A program made the position numbers and the translations under genes. A stretch of DNA of 63,126 bases, the filler included, from Porpidia crustulata (lineage: Eukaryota), in NCBI GenBank assembly GCA_964255105.1. It is 4 parts of 4 records of this genome, joined end to end, with 100 filler letters (N's around TTAATTAATTAA, not from the genome) between each part and the next. Parts side by side here need not be neighbours in the genome. Positions count along the whole stretch, not along the records: positions 47,446 to 63,126 come from CAXUWE010000287.1; 3 more parts are not named here. The stretch is one strand, 5' to 3'. Positions 49,594 through 60,687 of the stretch are shown here, one piece after another. The stretch's first letter is position 1. Every line of letters begins with the position of its first letter. The notes under the pieces are model-generated. The model was not told the origin of the DNA. It worked only from the letters and a program-made list of their open reading frames with translations, and ran no database searches.

Positions 49594-50820
49594 GGCATGA
49601 GATGGTATCAACGTGAAATAAACGTCAACTGAAGGACTTCGCGTTCGGCATCCTATCCGAGGTAGGAATAGTCAGTTCGCAGTCCTCATATTCTCCAGAA
49701 ATTGAGCTCGCACAAGTTGAACTCGGTTCGAAAAGCATCTCGAACTGAAAAATCACATGGCACATGCTGAAAATATGTTTCGTATGTGTTAAGAATGTGA
49801 ATCAAAGAAGTGAGTGTCCTTCCGTTATAGTACTCGAGTTTTCTACCACTAAAGTCCCCTGCCCTGTAGGACAGGAAGTAAGTCGCTGAGCGGCTGCTGA
49901 GTGGGTAGCACAAGACTAGGTAGTAGCAATAAGCCCCAACAATGAGCTTCAGTAAAGTGCTAAGTATAGAAGGAGGCTCATCAGCAGTCCTCCTGTTTCA
50001 TTGCAGTTGACCTCTATAGAAGTGAGGTTTTTTGAGGCTCCCTCTTACTACGCCCTGTTCTTTGGAGGCTTTATCTTTGTATATAGCATTCAGCCCCAAG
50101 TTTTCGCCCCCTAGACGAAGGGGCCTTCCGGCACAAGGGCCTTTTTTCAGAGCCTCTGCGCTGAACGCGAGTTCCTGCATAGATCACAGCTTCAGAAGAG
50201 GTGAGGATAAAGCGCCCATGCGAGCCGGCCATAAAAATTAGTCTGACGCCAACCACATTCCTGATAAAAAAATTGATCTCGCCAGTTGAAGTGATGGAAC
50301 GATTTGGTTGTTTTATTATGAAGGGAGCGGTCTATGTATCCAATACGTGAACCAAGCCGAACGACTTGGTGTATCCCCCGGGGGCGGTTATAATTCAGAT
50401 AATGGACCAGCTCACCTAGGGTTAGGGCTCAAAATGGGGTTTGGCGCTAAGTGACCTTTGCCGGGTAAATTAATCTTCTCACCTTTGTGCTTTAAACTCA
50501 AGCATTTCGACATATATGATTTTAACCGCTACTCAAGATATTTTTGCGTCGTCTCACCTCTTTCGCGCTTTGTTTCTACTTCTTTGAGATACATTTTTCA
50601 TTGTTTCTCTTAGACTGCGTCGCTGCTGATTGCTGAATGCTCATTATTGTAGAGCACTGTCATGATTGGTTCAGCAACCCCCATCAACTTCATTAGTCCA
50701 GAGGAGTTCTTAACGCCCTGAGGCAGCATTCGAGGCCAACATTGGGCCCGGGAGCTATGTTTAATCCGGACCTCGGATTTCAATCCTACTACTACGTCCA
50801 ACTTCAGTGACATTATCGAC

Positions 50821-52503
50821 ATGACGACAGGTTTCGACGGCATTTTCGCCAAACTTGTACCTCGCAATTATGCGGCTCAGGTGTCGTTCTCAGAGGCATA
50901 TAATTATGTAGATGAGAATAATACAGTCCATCTGAACTTTATGCAACGAGAAGATAAGAAACCAATCAGGGCATCTAGCGAACCCGTGGAAGACTCTACC
51001 GAATACGAAACCTATCCGGATACTGACACTGCTACCGCTGATCCTCGGATCGACAAGACCATCTCAAACTTAGGTCACTTCGTTCTGTCGTTAGATAGAA
51101 TCCGGGCGCCAGCAATGCCTCTTTTAGGATGGCGGGCTGGTCGAGGAAGTAGCAAGCAAACGGATCGTGGAGTTGATCTGCTTCTCGCCAGGCCAAGCGC
51201 CATCTCGAGCAAATCTTTGGCCAGCGTGCACATGCTATTTCGGTTCAACGGAAGATCGGGGTTCCTTATGTTGATGGGAGGGAGCAATAAAGTGCCGGTT
51301 GAGGTCAAAGGAAGCAACTGTCAATGGACGGAGTTGAATGTCGGCGAGCAGATGTTGCTTTACCAATCTACTACGGTACTTCGGGCGGGCTTGTGCGAGT
51401 ATGAGCTGGAGTATATTGTCGAAGGCAAGCATAGAGAAGCCTATTTCGCACAACTGGATAAACTCCTAGTAAAAATGGGGAAGGCTAAAGAATTGTCGTT
51501 TCATACGTTCCGGAAATTTCCCGGGGACGATTGCGCCCAACGGGGGAAATATCTCGAATTTGAGACTAAAGGAGCCGGAGCATTTGGTTAGATCATCGAA
51601 GGTGTGGATACCAATACCGGCGACCCTGTTGCGATCAAAAGAGTGCAATACAAAAGGCCTGAGGAGCGGCATCAAATCCTCCATGAAGTGAATTTCGGAA
51701 TGAGGTTTCATGTAAGCTAAGAGTTACTGAATAATTTTTCTGCTATCTGATTTGCACTGCAGAACATGAGAGGTCTTCTTCCAATTCTAGATGCGTGGTG
51801 CGAGCATCAAAAGCCTCAAGGCTGCTGTAATCTCGAGAGATTCTATATTTTCATGCCCTATGCGATCTCCGACTTCACTTCGCCAATCTGGACGTTTCCC
51901 AATATTCCTCGGGATAACAAACTGCATTGGTTGAAAGAAATGTTGGAAGGAACTGCGGCGCTGCATGAAATGGGAATCATGCACCGCGACATTCGACCGG
52001 CGAACATGTTGATTATATCTGCTGAACCACCCCAAGCCTGTCTTTGCGACTACGGCAAAGCGATCAAGACCGCAAATTCCGTAACGACAACGATCGGACC
52101 CATCTATACACTCGCGCCTGAAGTGTATACCACTTCTGAAACTGGCCCGTATACTTCCAAGATTGACATGTGGGCCTATGGTATTGCCCTCGGAGAGATC
52201 TTTGGTTGCTCTCTTCTGAAGCTCCCTATTAAGGATGGTGATGGATTTAATGCGAAAAATCCTCGAATTACTCGGAGCCATCATTCGGCTATCAACAAGA
52301 TGCTTGACGCTCACTGCGATGTCGCGACCGACGACAAGCCTCTTGTTGACCTTGTCTCGAAACTTCTGATCTGGGACCCTCGTGATCGCTGGTCCGCCTC
52401 GCAGGCTCTCCAGCATGGCTGCTGGAAGCCAATAGCGCCAGACTCCGCCGAGGATGTACCGATCAAGAGGGTACAGCTTCACGATATCCGGACCGAAAGT
52501 TAA
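50821..52503 (+). pseudogene. Ser/Thr kinase with FHA-like N-terminal region, interrupted by a single TAG (51589-51591) in the glycine-rich loop
   Basis: GWRAGRG..VDLLL..H (FHA-like), then GAGAFG*IIEGVDTNTGDPVAIK. Intron 51712-51762 (GTAAGC..CAG). Exon 2 has intact HRDIRPAN, DYG, APE and DMWAYG. Confidence 0.75.
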
Positions 52504-52952
52504 GTAGTGAAATTCCTATAGCCAACGATACTTAGATGGGTATTGGTTTTGTCAATTAGTAGTTTAAAAGAGCCTGCATAACGTCACAGAAGAATTTCCT
52601 CATGACGATATACGGCCTAACCGAGCGGCGTTGGTATATAATTCATAGTCATGGAAATACAGCAATAGTGTTATACCATCATTCACTACTTATGTAGCCG
52701 ATGAAGTACGACTTTGACAACATCCCTGGGCATTCAGTAATTGCTCAACCCTTGTTCTGCCCGAGTAAAGCCGACTCGAGTATTCAATCAGTAGCAAAGT
52801 ACTGATCTCTCTTCGTTCCGTGACGATCAGCAACATTCTTATACCACCACGATCATGACCTCTGCTAAGTCATGACGATACTCTCCTTCTCCTTTTCATT
52901 TTCATTCTCATTCTGACAAACTTGGTGGTTAATGTTTGAGGCTCGAGAGGAC

Positions 52953-53606
52953 TCATAGACGGTGGAAGGTTTTGCGGGACGATAATGAACCCATCTTTCC
53001 CTTCAAATTAAGTTCGTAGAATAAGGATGTACCGGAGACTTTCGATCGAGTCAATCTAAGTAAGGATCTAGTTGGCAAGACGCACAAAAAACGAGAATAA
53101 TTTTGGACTTACCGCTCTGAAGCTTGTGCAGCAGCAGCAGGACGACGACAACGTCGGTTCTTGCGTACGCCAGAGGTCTCCTTCGGCCGAAGAGCAGCGG
53201 CAGCGGCAGCGGCAACGGCAGCGCGGCGGACCTTCTCCGTGTGCTCGGACAGCATATACGAACGCCATTTGTCATAGCTCCCAAAACCTGTGTCTCTTGG
53301 TTCGATACCTCTTGACATGTCGGAGAGTACCTGGTTGTTCCACGCCCACCTCGATAGATTGGGATCAGGTTTTTCGCGTTTGGGGGAGGCAGGGGGGCTC
53401 AAAGGAGCAGCAGCATTATCATCATCGTCGTCGCCGCTCTAGCTGGGCTCCGATGATAGTGGCTCGAATTCACGAGGTCCGATGCCGCGAGTATTAAGAG
53501 CCGCATGGTATGCATCGCTTCGCTTGTGAAACTCATCTAGGTATTCTTGAGAGTAGCCATGCACTGCTCTTGCAAAGGCATCGGAGGCTTCTCGAGTCCA
53601 TGCCAT
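52953..53606 (-). pseudogene. Hypothetical protein gene (about 200 codons) interrupted by a single TAG (53441-53439)
   Basis: From ATG 53606: MAWTREASDAFARAVHGYSQEYLDEFHKR...EPS*SGDDDDD...RWAWNNQV...YDKWRSYM. A possible intron at 53112-53068 (GTAAGT..TAG) leads to RLTRSKVSGTSLFYELNLKGK...TGA. Confidence 0.55.
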
Positions 53607-54231
53607 GAGTTCAAATGACTTTGATCAGTCGTGAACAGATCTAGCGTGTTTTGCAACTATGGCATAATCAGGGGGACATAAATCATGTTAGCATGTACCT
53701 GGTTTTCATTCAGATGGAAGTGACTACGAGCTTAAGTTATGAGGTTCTCGATCACGTGTCGATCTAGTCTAGATCCCTCAGCGGACCACACCGTGCACGC
53801 TAAGTCTTAGGGTTAGGGTAAAGGAAATATAGCTAGCGTTTGTAATGGAAAGTCTCCGAGGACTTCACTACTACGACCGGTTCTAGGGGCACATGTTTAC
53901 CCGGACACCCCGGATTAGGAAGTTGAAGCACATGGGCCCGCCCCCGACTGCACCCCAAAAGGCGAAATATCAAGTCCTTAGGTTTCCCACCACCCTCATT
54001 CCTTTGTCCCTTCTTTAGCATTAATATCTATCGTCAATAAACCCCTAGCTAGCAGCTTACCCCGATTGAATTCGCTTCATGCTATACGGAATCTCTTGAA
54101 AACGGTTTAAATATTTCATATCTGTTCCCAACGAACATATATATATTTCTCGCTTCTATAATAAAAATTGATGAATCAAGATAATAGAAATGTCTCCTCC
54201 GTTTACTCGAACGTCGCGCGGAGGCTTGTCG

Positions 54232-54241
54232 NNNNNNNNNN
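54232..54241. other. 10-N intra-scaffold gap
   Basis: Run of 10 N. Confidence 0.97.
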
Positions 54242-54843
54242 GTGTAGCTGATGACATGTATGAAGATAGTATGAAGTAGTTACGTATTATCACTAATTCT
54301 CGTTCTTTTATATCTAAAACATTCTCGTCATTTGGACCAATTCTCTTGTTTCGACGGACTTGGTTGAGAATAGCCTGCATTCTCTTTCAAACCACCTAGG
54401 ATGACTTCGAGGCAAAATCGCGCTGGGTAAATTGTATTTTGTGCTTGCGACTATTGTCGAGTCTTCTGAGCCAGACATCCACCGAAATTTCCTCGTTGTG
54501 GGCAGTCCTAGTAGCTGTGGCAGCGTCAGATTTAATTGACACGAGCCATTTCATGATCTCCTAATTGCAAGTCATCAACGACTCGCTTGCTTCAGATCGA
54601 GCCTGAGTCAGGCAGAGTGTTTGTCCAATGTCCTTGCACGCTTTCGTACCAAAGAATGCGGTTTGGTTCGCTCTAGCACTGAAAAAAATTGACTTGATGC
54701 TAGGTTGTATGCTTCATGTTTTGAGAGGTTTAGCAGGTCACTGGTTCATTGACTTATCTTGCTAAGTCTCCTGAACGGCTGCAGCATATATACTTCGTTG
54801 ACTTTACTTAAGATCAGATAGTCAATGCAACGACGAGTGCCTT

Positions 54844-57800
54844 TTAATGTTTGTGCTTCTTGTGACTGCGCCCCATGGGTCCCAGAAAGCCCACGTCGTC
54901 GGTATCAATAAAAGGACCTATTCGCTGATCCGTAGATACCGCCTGGAAAACATGACGGAGGTAGTTACGCCGGGCATAAGCAAATAGTCCCTCTTCCCCA
55001 GTCGCTGCCATATTATGCGTCAAGCTTAGCGCGGATTGATCAGCCTGCTGTTCCCAAGTTGTGATCACCAACAAGCAGACTTTTCCCATATATGTATGTG
55101 CAATACTGCTGTCCAACTTCTGGCAGAGAAACTCTCTCGCGCTTCGATGAACGAGTCGTAGTGTATCAGCTTCTTGATCAAAATCGATCAGACCTTGGCA
55201 ACATTGGGCCAGCTTAGCTCCGTCTATTGGCTGTAAAACCCTCTCATCAGCTTCAGTAAGTCCTAGGCTTATGGCGCAAATTATATCAGAAGCACGAAGC
55301 GGCTCAATTGCGAACACAAGCCAATATAGCATCTTTTCGGCTATAGAGGCAATGAAGGGTTTTTCTGAGGCGATCAGCGCCATGTAATGCTCATAAAACT
55401 TCGTCATGGAGCTGGGTGTCGTTTCAACATCAGCTGTGCGGAATGCACGGTCCGAGGAGCCATTATTCGAGTATTGCAATGATTCAAGTGCAAGACGCAC
55501 CCACAGGAAACTATAATACGTTAACGCGGACTCTCTGCTGCAACAAGAAAGAGTGCATTACCTCCCGCTAGCGCGCTGTAGAAGTAATGATTTAGCGCGA
55601 CTAAGCACTTCATTTTCTTCGGAATTTTGTCACATGTCCCACTGCTTGGCAACCCTCTCAATCTGACCATTAACATAATTTTCAAGGTCAGCAGTTTGGC
55701 CAAGACTAGAATCCAGGCTCAATTGAGCATTAACACGTGGTTGCTTGTTGTGCATCTCACTTTCCACCGAAGCGCGGACCCTTTCCGTCCGGCGGCTGGA
55801 AACGAAGAGCTTTACGACCCGACGTGAGTGTCTGGATACAAATCTCCATGCATGCATCAGGTTCTCCAGACCATCCGCTGTACATTCGTCAACGCCGTCC
55901 AAGACAATGTATGTGCGCGAAATCGATATTATATCCAGAAACAGCTAGTAGTAAAGCTGTATTGTTAATCCATCTCCGTCACATAGGTTGTCAAATTTGT
56001 GTTCGAGATAGAAATCCTCCACTATGCTCTTAGAATCGGTCCTCAGGTATGCTTGTTTCAGTAGAGAACGGAGTATTGACATATGGTTGCGGAAAAGCTT
56101 GCTCTTGCAATAGAAATAGAGAACCGTAACCTCATTGTTCGCCGAGAGAGCATCAACAACAAAAGACCTGTTTCCAAGATTAGACCTGTACCGCATTATT
56201 TGCATTGATGGGTTCCAAATACGAGAGCACTGATTTTCCAACACCAGCTAATCTGAATGTTAGTCATCTTACTCATATGGGCTAACGGGTATGGGAACAT
56301 ACGTGCGCCACAAAGCCAGAAGATGCTCGATTGCGAGCTATCACGCCAGTGCCGAAACTTGGCGCTGAGGAGAGCCAGATACCCGTTTGCTGGTAACGCT
56401 GGGAAAGATTGAAATTGTGCATCTCTTCATGATTCAATGGAGACAGCCATTTGGGTATGAGTCTTCTCTGATTCATAGATTCATTTCTTTGATGCAGCTT
56501 GGTATCCTCACTATGAGAATCGGTGGCATCCGAAACGCCTTGATGTGTTTCAACTGGGAAAGCAAGGGGTGCTGATTGTGGTGAGTGCGATATATTTTGT
56601 TCGTTTTCCACTTCGAAGCTTGCAACAGGGGACAACGAATTCAACGACGTCTGTTTTCGCTTTGCAGGTAGTGAAATAGGCCCGAAGGACTTGAAATGCT
56701 GAGATGGTTGTGCTGCGCCTGTGCTCCACGTTGGCAAGGCTGTCAAGTGGTGGTGGATGTTGTTTATGTCTCCTGGGAACGACCCGAGCAAAGGCACGGT
56801 ATCTTGAACTCCTGGACCTTCTTGCAGCGTTGATGACGTACCGTAACGGCTATATGACAGATTGGGTGCCCTTTCCTGTGGATGAAACGACATTGCATGA
56901 TCGATCATAGTACAAATAGACTCCATAACGTCAATATAGGCTTCATCCGCTATACCGCCGTGGGATCCAAATTTGGTCATCTTCGAATGATCTGCATGAA
57001 TACTACCGAAGGGATAACCTTCAAATACAGCGCTTTCTTCTTTCACAATCTAGAATCACTTTAGCAGGAATACGCTTCTGAACCAATGATTGACCGAAAT
57101 ACCTTCCGACGAGCGTCATGCCAAGCTCCTCAAAGTAGCATTTAATCTTTAAAGCGTGTCTTTCTTGTTTCGCTCTACGAATCACAAGCTTAATGAAAGA
57201 GTCCCGCAACTGAAACAGGATCTCTGATTCGGGTTGCAGCAGCTTTACTATAGCCTGATTGACGTCTTTCACAATATGTGCAAAATCCGCACCCAAGCCG
57301 CCCCAGTTCGCCAGGGTTGAGCCTCGGTGAGGAGTTCCCATGAATATGACGCCAGCAGTAGAGTCGACAACGTCGTTATAGAGTGTCTCAGGGCTCTCGT
57401 CCGAATGTAATAAGGCTTTTTGTACAACGAGCCCGCCTAAAGAATGGCAAATGAAAATAATTGGCCGTCGTTGCTGCGGACTTTAGTCACTAATGATATG
57501 AAAGATGAATTCTTTGGGCTGACTTACTGTACCGGTCTTATTTCGCCTTCCTGCCAACCTGCTGCAAAGATTTGATCCATGTGCGACGAGTTTATTCGCA
57601 CTTGGATGATGAGTAACCTATTTTTGGAAAACATCAGCATCATACTCCCAGATGAAAATCCGGGCTGGCGGTATGTCTTTAGGTAAAAGGTCGCTAGGCC
57701 AGAAAGTCTTGCTATGTGGTTCGTACCATGTCTTCGAGCTGCCTGTCAAACCATGCACGAAAACAATACTGGCGACAGGTTATCAGTCCACGAGATCCAC

Positions 57801-57986
57801 CAGCCGTTTCGTGAAAAGTGCCGTCACATACTCGATCAAGTCGCCGATAGCCTCTGTAACCTGATGAAGACCTGGACCTTCATTGAGGGGCAGGGAGTGG
57901 AAGACGTTCGTTTGAACATCCTTTCGAGTCGTTACATGACCACGGCTAAAATAAGAGAGCCAGGTTTCCTGCGGCGCTTGTGTCAT
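54844..57986 (-). pseudogene. Fungal NLR-like gene: SesB-like alpha/beta hydrolase + NACHT NTPase + winged helix, pseudogenised
   Basis: DIVFVHGLTG, FWPSDLLP, IIFICHSLGGLVV, FMGTPHRGS and IHADHSKMTKF, then Walker A GAPGVGKS (split by an intron), Walker B IVLDGVDEC, LFVSSR and LVHRSAREFL. Lesions: TAG 57620-57618, 1-nt frameshift near 56373, TAG 55947-55945, TGA 55632-55630. Confidence 0.85.
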
Positions 57987-58524
57987 TTTCTAACGACTTT
58001 GCAAAAGATATCCCACAGCAAAGCATTCGAGAAAAACCAGCTGCAACCAGCGGTCGCGCGATGACTTGCAACTGTCGGGCGGCGGGCACCTTAGGCCCGA
58101 CATCTGCGGGTGAGAACGAGCCCTAGTGTACTCTATTCGCGATGGTCTCAGCGCCTTTTCACGGGCCCTCGCCCCGTTTATCTCAATCCAATGGTATTGA
58201 TCATTTGATCGATAATTTCCAAATTAACTTAGCGGCCGGTCTCTTGAACTACTACGTACAACACTCCAAGGCTGATCAAATCATCTAGCCGTGATCCGAT
58301 CTAACTTACTGTCCACTTGGTGCAATAATACGAACATGATCGACAATGGCCCCGCACAAACCCGGTCAAGTACACAAGAGCATGGAAGCGTCAACTGAGA
58401 ACATGAATTTCTAAAGAAGGTTGTGGTCTTCTTTGAGATTGTTGGTCAGCGTCCGTCATTTCGATCATTGCGTCTGTTGAAGTTCGATAGCATGTAGGTA
58501 GGTATATTAATTATTTTACTCATA

Positions 58525-58604
58525 TACACCCCTCAGATAGTCAGCTGGCCTAGGGCTAGGGTTAATATATTAGCTTGAGCCTAGTTGACCATTTGAGGGG
58601 TATA
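58525..58604. mobile_element. Tiny MITE-like foldback element (about 80 bp, about 24-bp imperfect TIRs, TA ends)
   Basis: Left arm TACACCCCTCAGATAGTCAGCTGG versus right-arm reverse complement TATACCCCTCAAATGGTCAACTAG; all five mismatches are transitions. Confidence 0.6.
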
Positions 58605-59163
58605 TACAAGTAATTTCTAATCTTCGATCACAAAAGATTGATATTTGGTGGGCAGACTCGCTTCTGTGTCCGGAGGTTGAAGAATATTATCGATATCCCA
58701 AGTATGTACAACAGTGCGGAGCAAATCCCGAGTCCTAAGACGTTCACACACCCTAATGTTTTACCTAGTGTACTACGTAGTAGAATCCCAATCGAGTTGG
58801 CTCAGTGGTAGATGGGTGGCTGCTCTTTGTACTATTATAGAGCACTTAAGCTTCAGGTTAAGGTATAGTAAGTCAGCCCCGCCGACCCTAATTCGGAAAC
58901 GCGTAAGTCCAAGAGGCCTCGAAGGACGCCATTCCATGATCCCGAGCTCCATCACTGCTCATCCTCAAGGCCGAATGCGGGGTCGCGAATGGCAAAGATG
59001 AAGAAACAGTTCTTTGCAGATGGAGTATATACGGTGGCCAGAGATCCTGGTCGAAACGCTGCTGTTTGCTCTCAACTGCCCTCGGAACCTCGAGCTGTTA
59101 GGTTTTCTCAAGACGATATAGAATTGATAGACCCCCCTAACTCCCAACTGACACAAGGTAGCC

Positions 59164-60687
59164 ATGCTTCAGGTCTATCTCGATCCGTGCACCGTCAACA
59201 GCCGCAAGGTGCTGGCGGGGTTGGCACTGCTCGGGACGGAATACGGATTCAATTTCGTCGACTACTTTGCGGGGGCCCAGAAGAGCGACGCATACAAGAA
59301 AATCAACCCGCACGCCACCGTTCCGGCGGCCAGCGATGGCGACCTGATCCTCACCGAGTCGAATGCGATTTTGCAGTATGCCGCGGACCTTCACCGTGAT
59401 GGCAGTGCCGCCTATCCCAAAGACCTGAAGAAACGCGCCGACATCAACCGCTGGTTGCTCTGGGAGGCATCGGTCTGGTTCCCATGCTGTTATGTCTATC
59501 TCGTCGAGTTCGTCGTCAAACCGTTGCTGAAGGCCGAGCCCGACCAAGCGGTCATCGACGCCCAAGCGCCAAGATGGCTCCAGCTCGCGACCATCCTCGA
59601 TGATCGGCTATCCAAGTCCAAGTGGTTGACAGGCGATGAGGTCTCCATCGCTGACATTGCGGTCGCGGCTCCAATGCACCTCCACGCGGCACAACGCCTA
59701 CCGCTTGAGCACACCCCGCATCTCAAACGCTGGATCGCGGACATTGAGCGGCTGCCTTGCTGGCAGCAAACTCAGGGTGCTGTTGACAAGGCCTTGCTGC
59801 CCGAAGCTGCCGCTGCAAACGGGACGAAGCCCGTCACAACCGCGAATGGTGCAAATGGCGCCGACAGCCACAAGAATGTTCGAGCGGCCTTCAATTACAC
59901 CAAGGAGGTTCAGCAACTCACCGAGCTGTACTTTTACGAGTCAGATGCAGCAAAGAATATCCACGAGCCTGGCGACGATCCGCATGAGATGTCCGTGCAC
60001 GATGGCTCCTATCGTGCTGATTCGTTCGCATTAGACAAGGAGGGTTTCTCGCTGCATAATTTTAAGACCGCGTATGATGACTGGGATGATGATTCTGCCG
60101 TGGCAAAAGCGTTCTACCCTGAGGTTGTAGAATTTCTCAAAAAGACCGTGGGCGCGAAGCGCATTTTAGTCTTCGATCATACCATCCGTTCCAAGACCAA
60201 CGCGTCCAAAAAACTGACACAGGAGACGGGCACAACGCGGCGGGCGCCGGTGATGTTGGTGCATTGCGACTACACGGCCGAATCAGGCCCGCTGCGGGTG
60301 CAGCAGCTCATGGGCGAAGAAGCGGAGGACCTGTTGTTGCGCCGCGTGGCGTTCTTTAACATGTGGAAGCCGATCCGACGCGTGGTCGAAGAGAATCCGT
60401 TGGCCATGTGCGACGTCACCTCGTCGCCGCCGGAGGACTTCTTTAAGCTCCACCTCCGATATCGTGATCGTAACGGTGAGAACTACGTCATGCGCCATTC
60501 TCCCGCCCACAAATGGTGGTACTTCCCTAAGATGACCCCGGATCAGGTCATTCTGTTGAAGACCTTCGATTCTGCAACCGACGGCCGAGCCCGTTTCGTG
60601 GGCCACTCTGCCTTTCAAGACCCGACATCCCCACCAGACGCGCCATATCGTGAGAGTGTAGAGATTCGTACAATTGCATTCTTTTGA
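59164..60687 (+). CDS. Fusion protein: glutathione S-transferase (N+C domains) + CmcJ/NvfI/AsaB-family Fe(II)/2-oxoglutarate oxygenase
   Basis: Residues 1 to about 210 are GST (KINPHATVP, LTESNAILQY, WLTGDEVSIADIA). An Ala/Asn/Gly linker follows. Residues about 240-507 carry FALDKEGF, FYPEV, VFDHTIR, VHCDYT (HxD), NMWKPI, PLAMCD, HKWWYFPKM, GHSAF (distal His) and RESVEIR. Intronless. Confidence 0.88.
   Translation: MLQVYLDPCTVNSRKVLAGLALLGTEYGFNFVDYFAGAQKSDAYKKINPHATVPAASDGDLILTESNAILQYAADLHRDGSAAYPKDLKKRADINRWLLWEASVWFPCCYVYLVEFVVKPLLKAEPDQAVIDAQAPRWLQLATILDDRLSKSKWLTGDEVSIADIAVAAPMHLHAAQRLPLEHTPHLKRWIADIERLPCWQQTQGAVDKALLPEAAAANGTKPVTTANGANGADSHKNVRAAFNYTKEVQQLTELYFYESDAAKNIHEPGDDPHEMSVHDGSYRADSFALDKEGFSLHNFKTAYDDWDDDSAVAKAFYPEVVEFLKKTVGAKRILVFDHTIRSKTNASKKLTQETGTTRRAPVMLVHCDYTAESGPLRVQQLMGEEAEDLLLRRVAFFNMWKPIRRVVEENPLAMCDVTSSPPEDFFKLHLRYRDRNGENYVMRHSPAHKWWYFPKMTPDQVILLKTFDSATDGRARFVGHSAFQDPTSPPDAPYRESVEIRTIAFF

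Noticed and set aside
51787..52482. 231-aa antisense ORF over the kinase domain
   Set aside because: No recognisable features; a shadow of the sense-strand kinase exon.
53800..53825. Telomerase RNA template (TAACCCTAA on the minus strand)
   Set aside because: Only the 9-mer is present; no supporting pseudoknot or conserved TER domains are recognisable, and the site lies about 200 nt upstream of a protein-like frame.
31964..57986. Genome-wide reassignment of TAG to a sense codon
   Set aside because: Conserved genes here end normally at TAG (P450 1874, BSP 19071, STU1 23567, otubain 41205, acyl-CoA dehydrogenase 61546).
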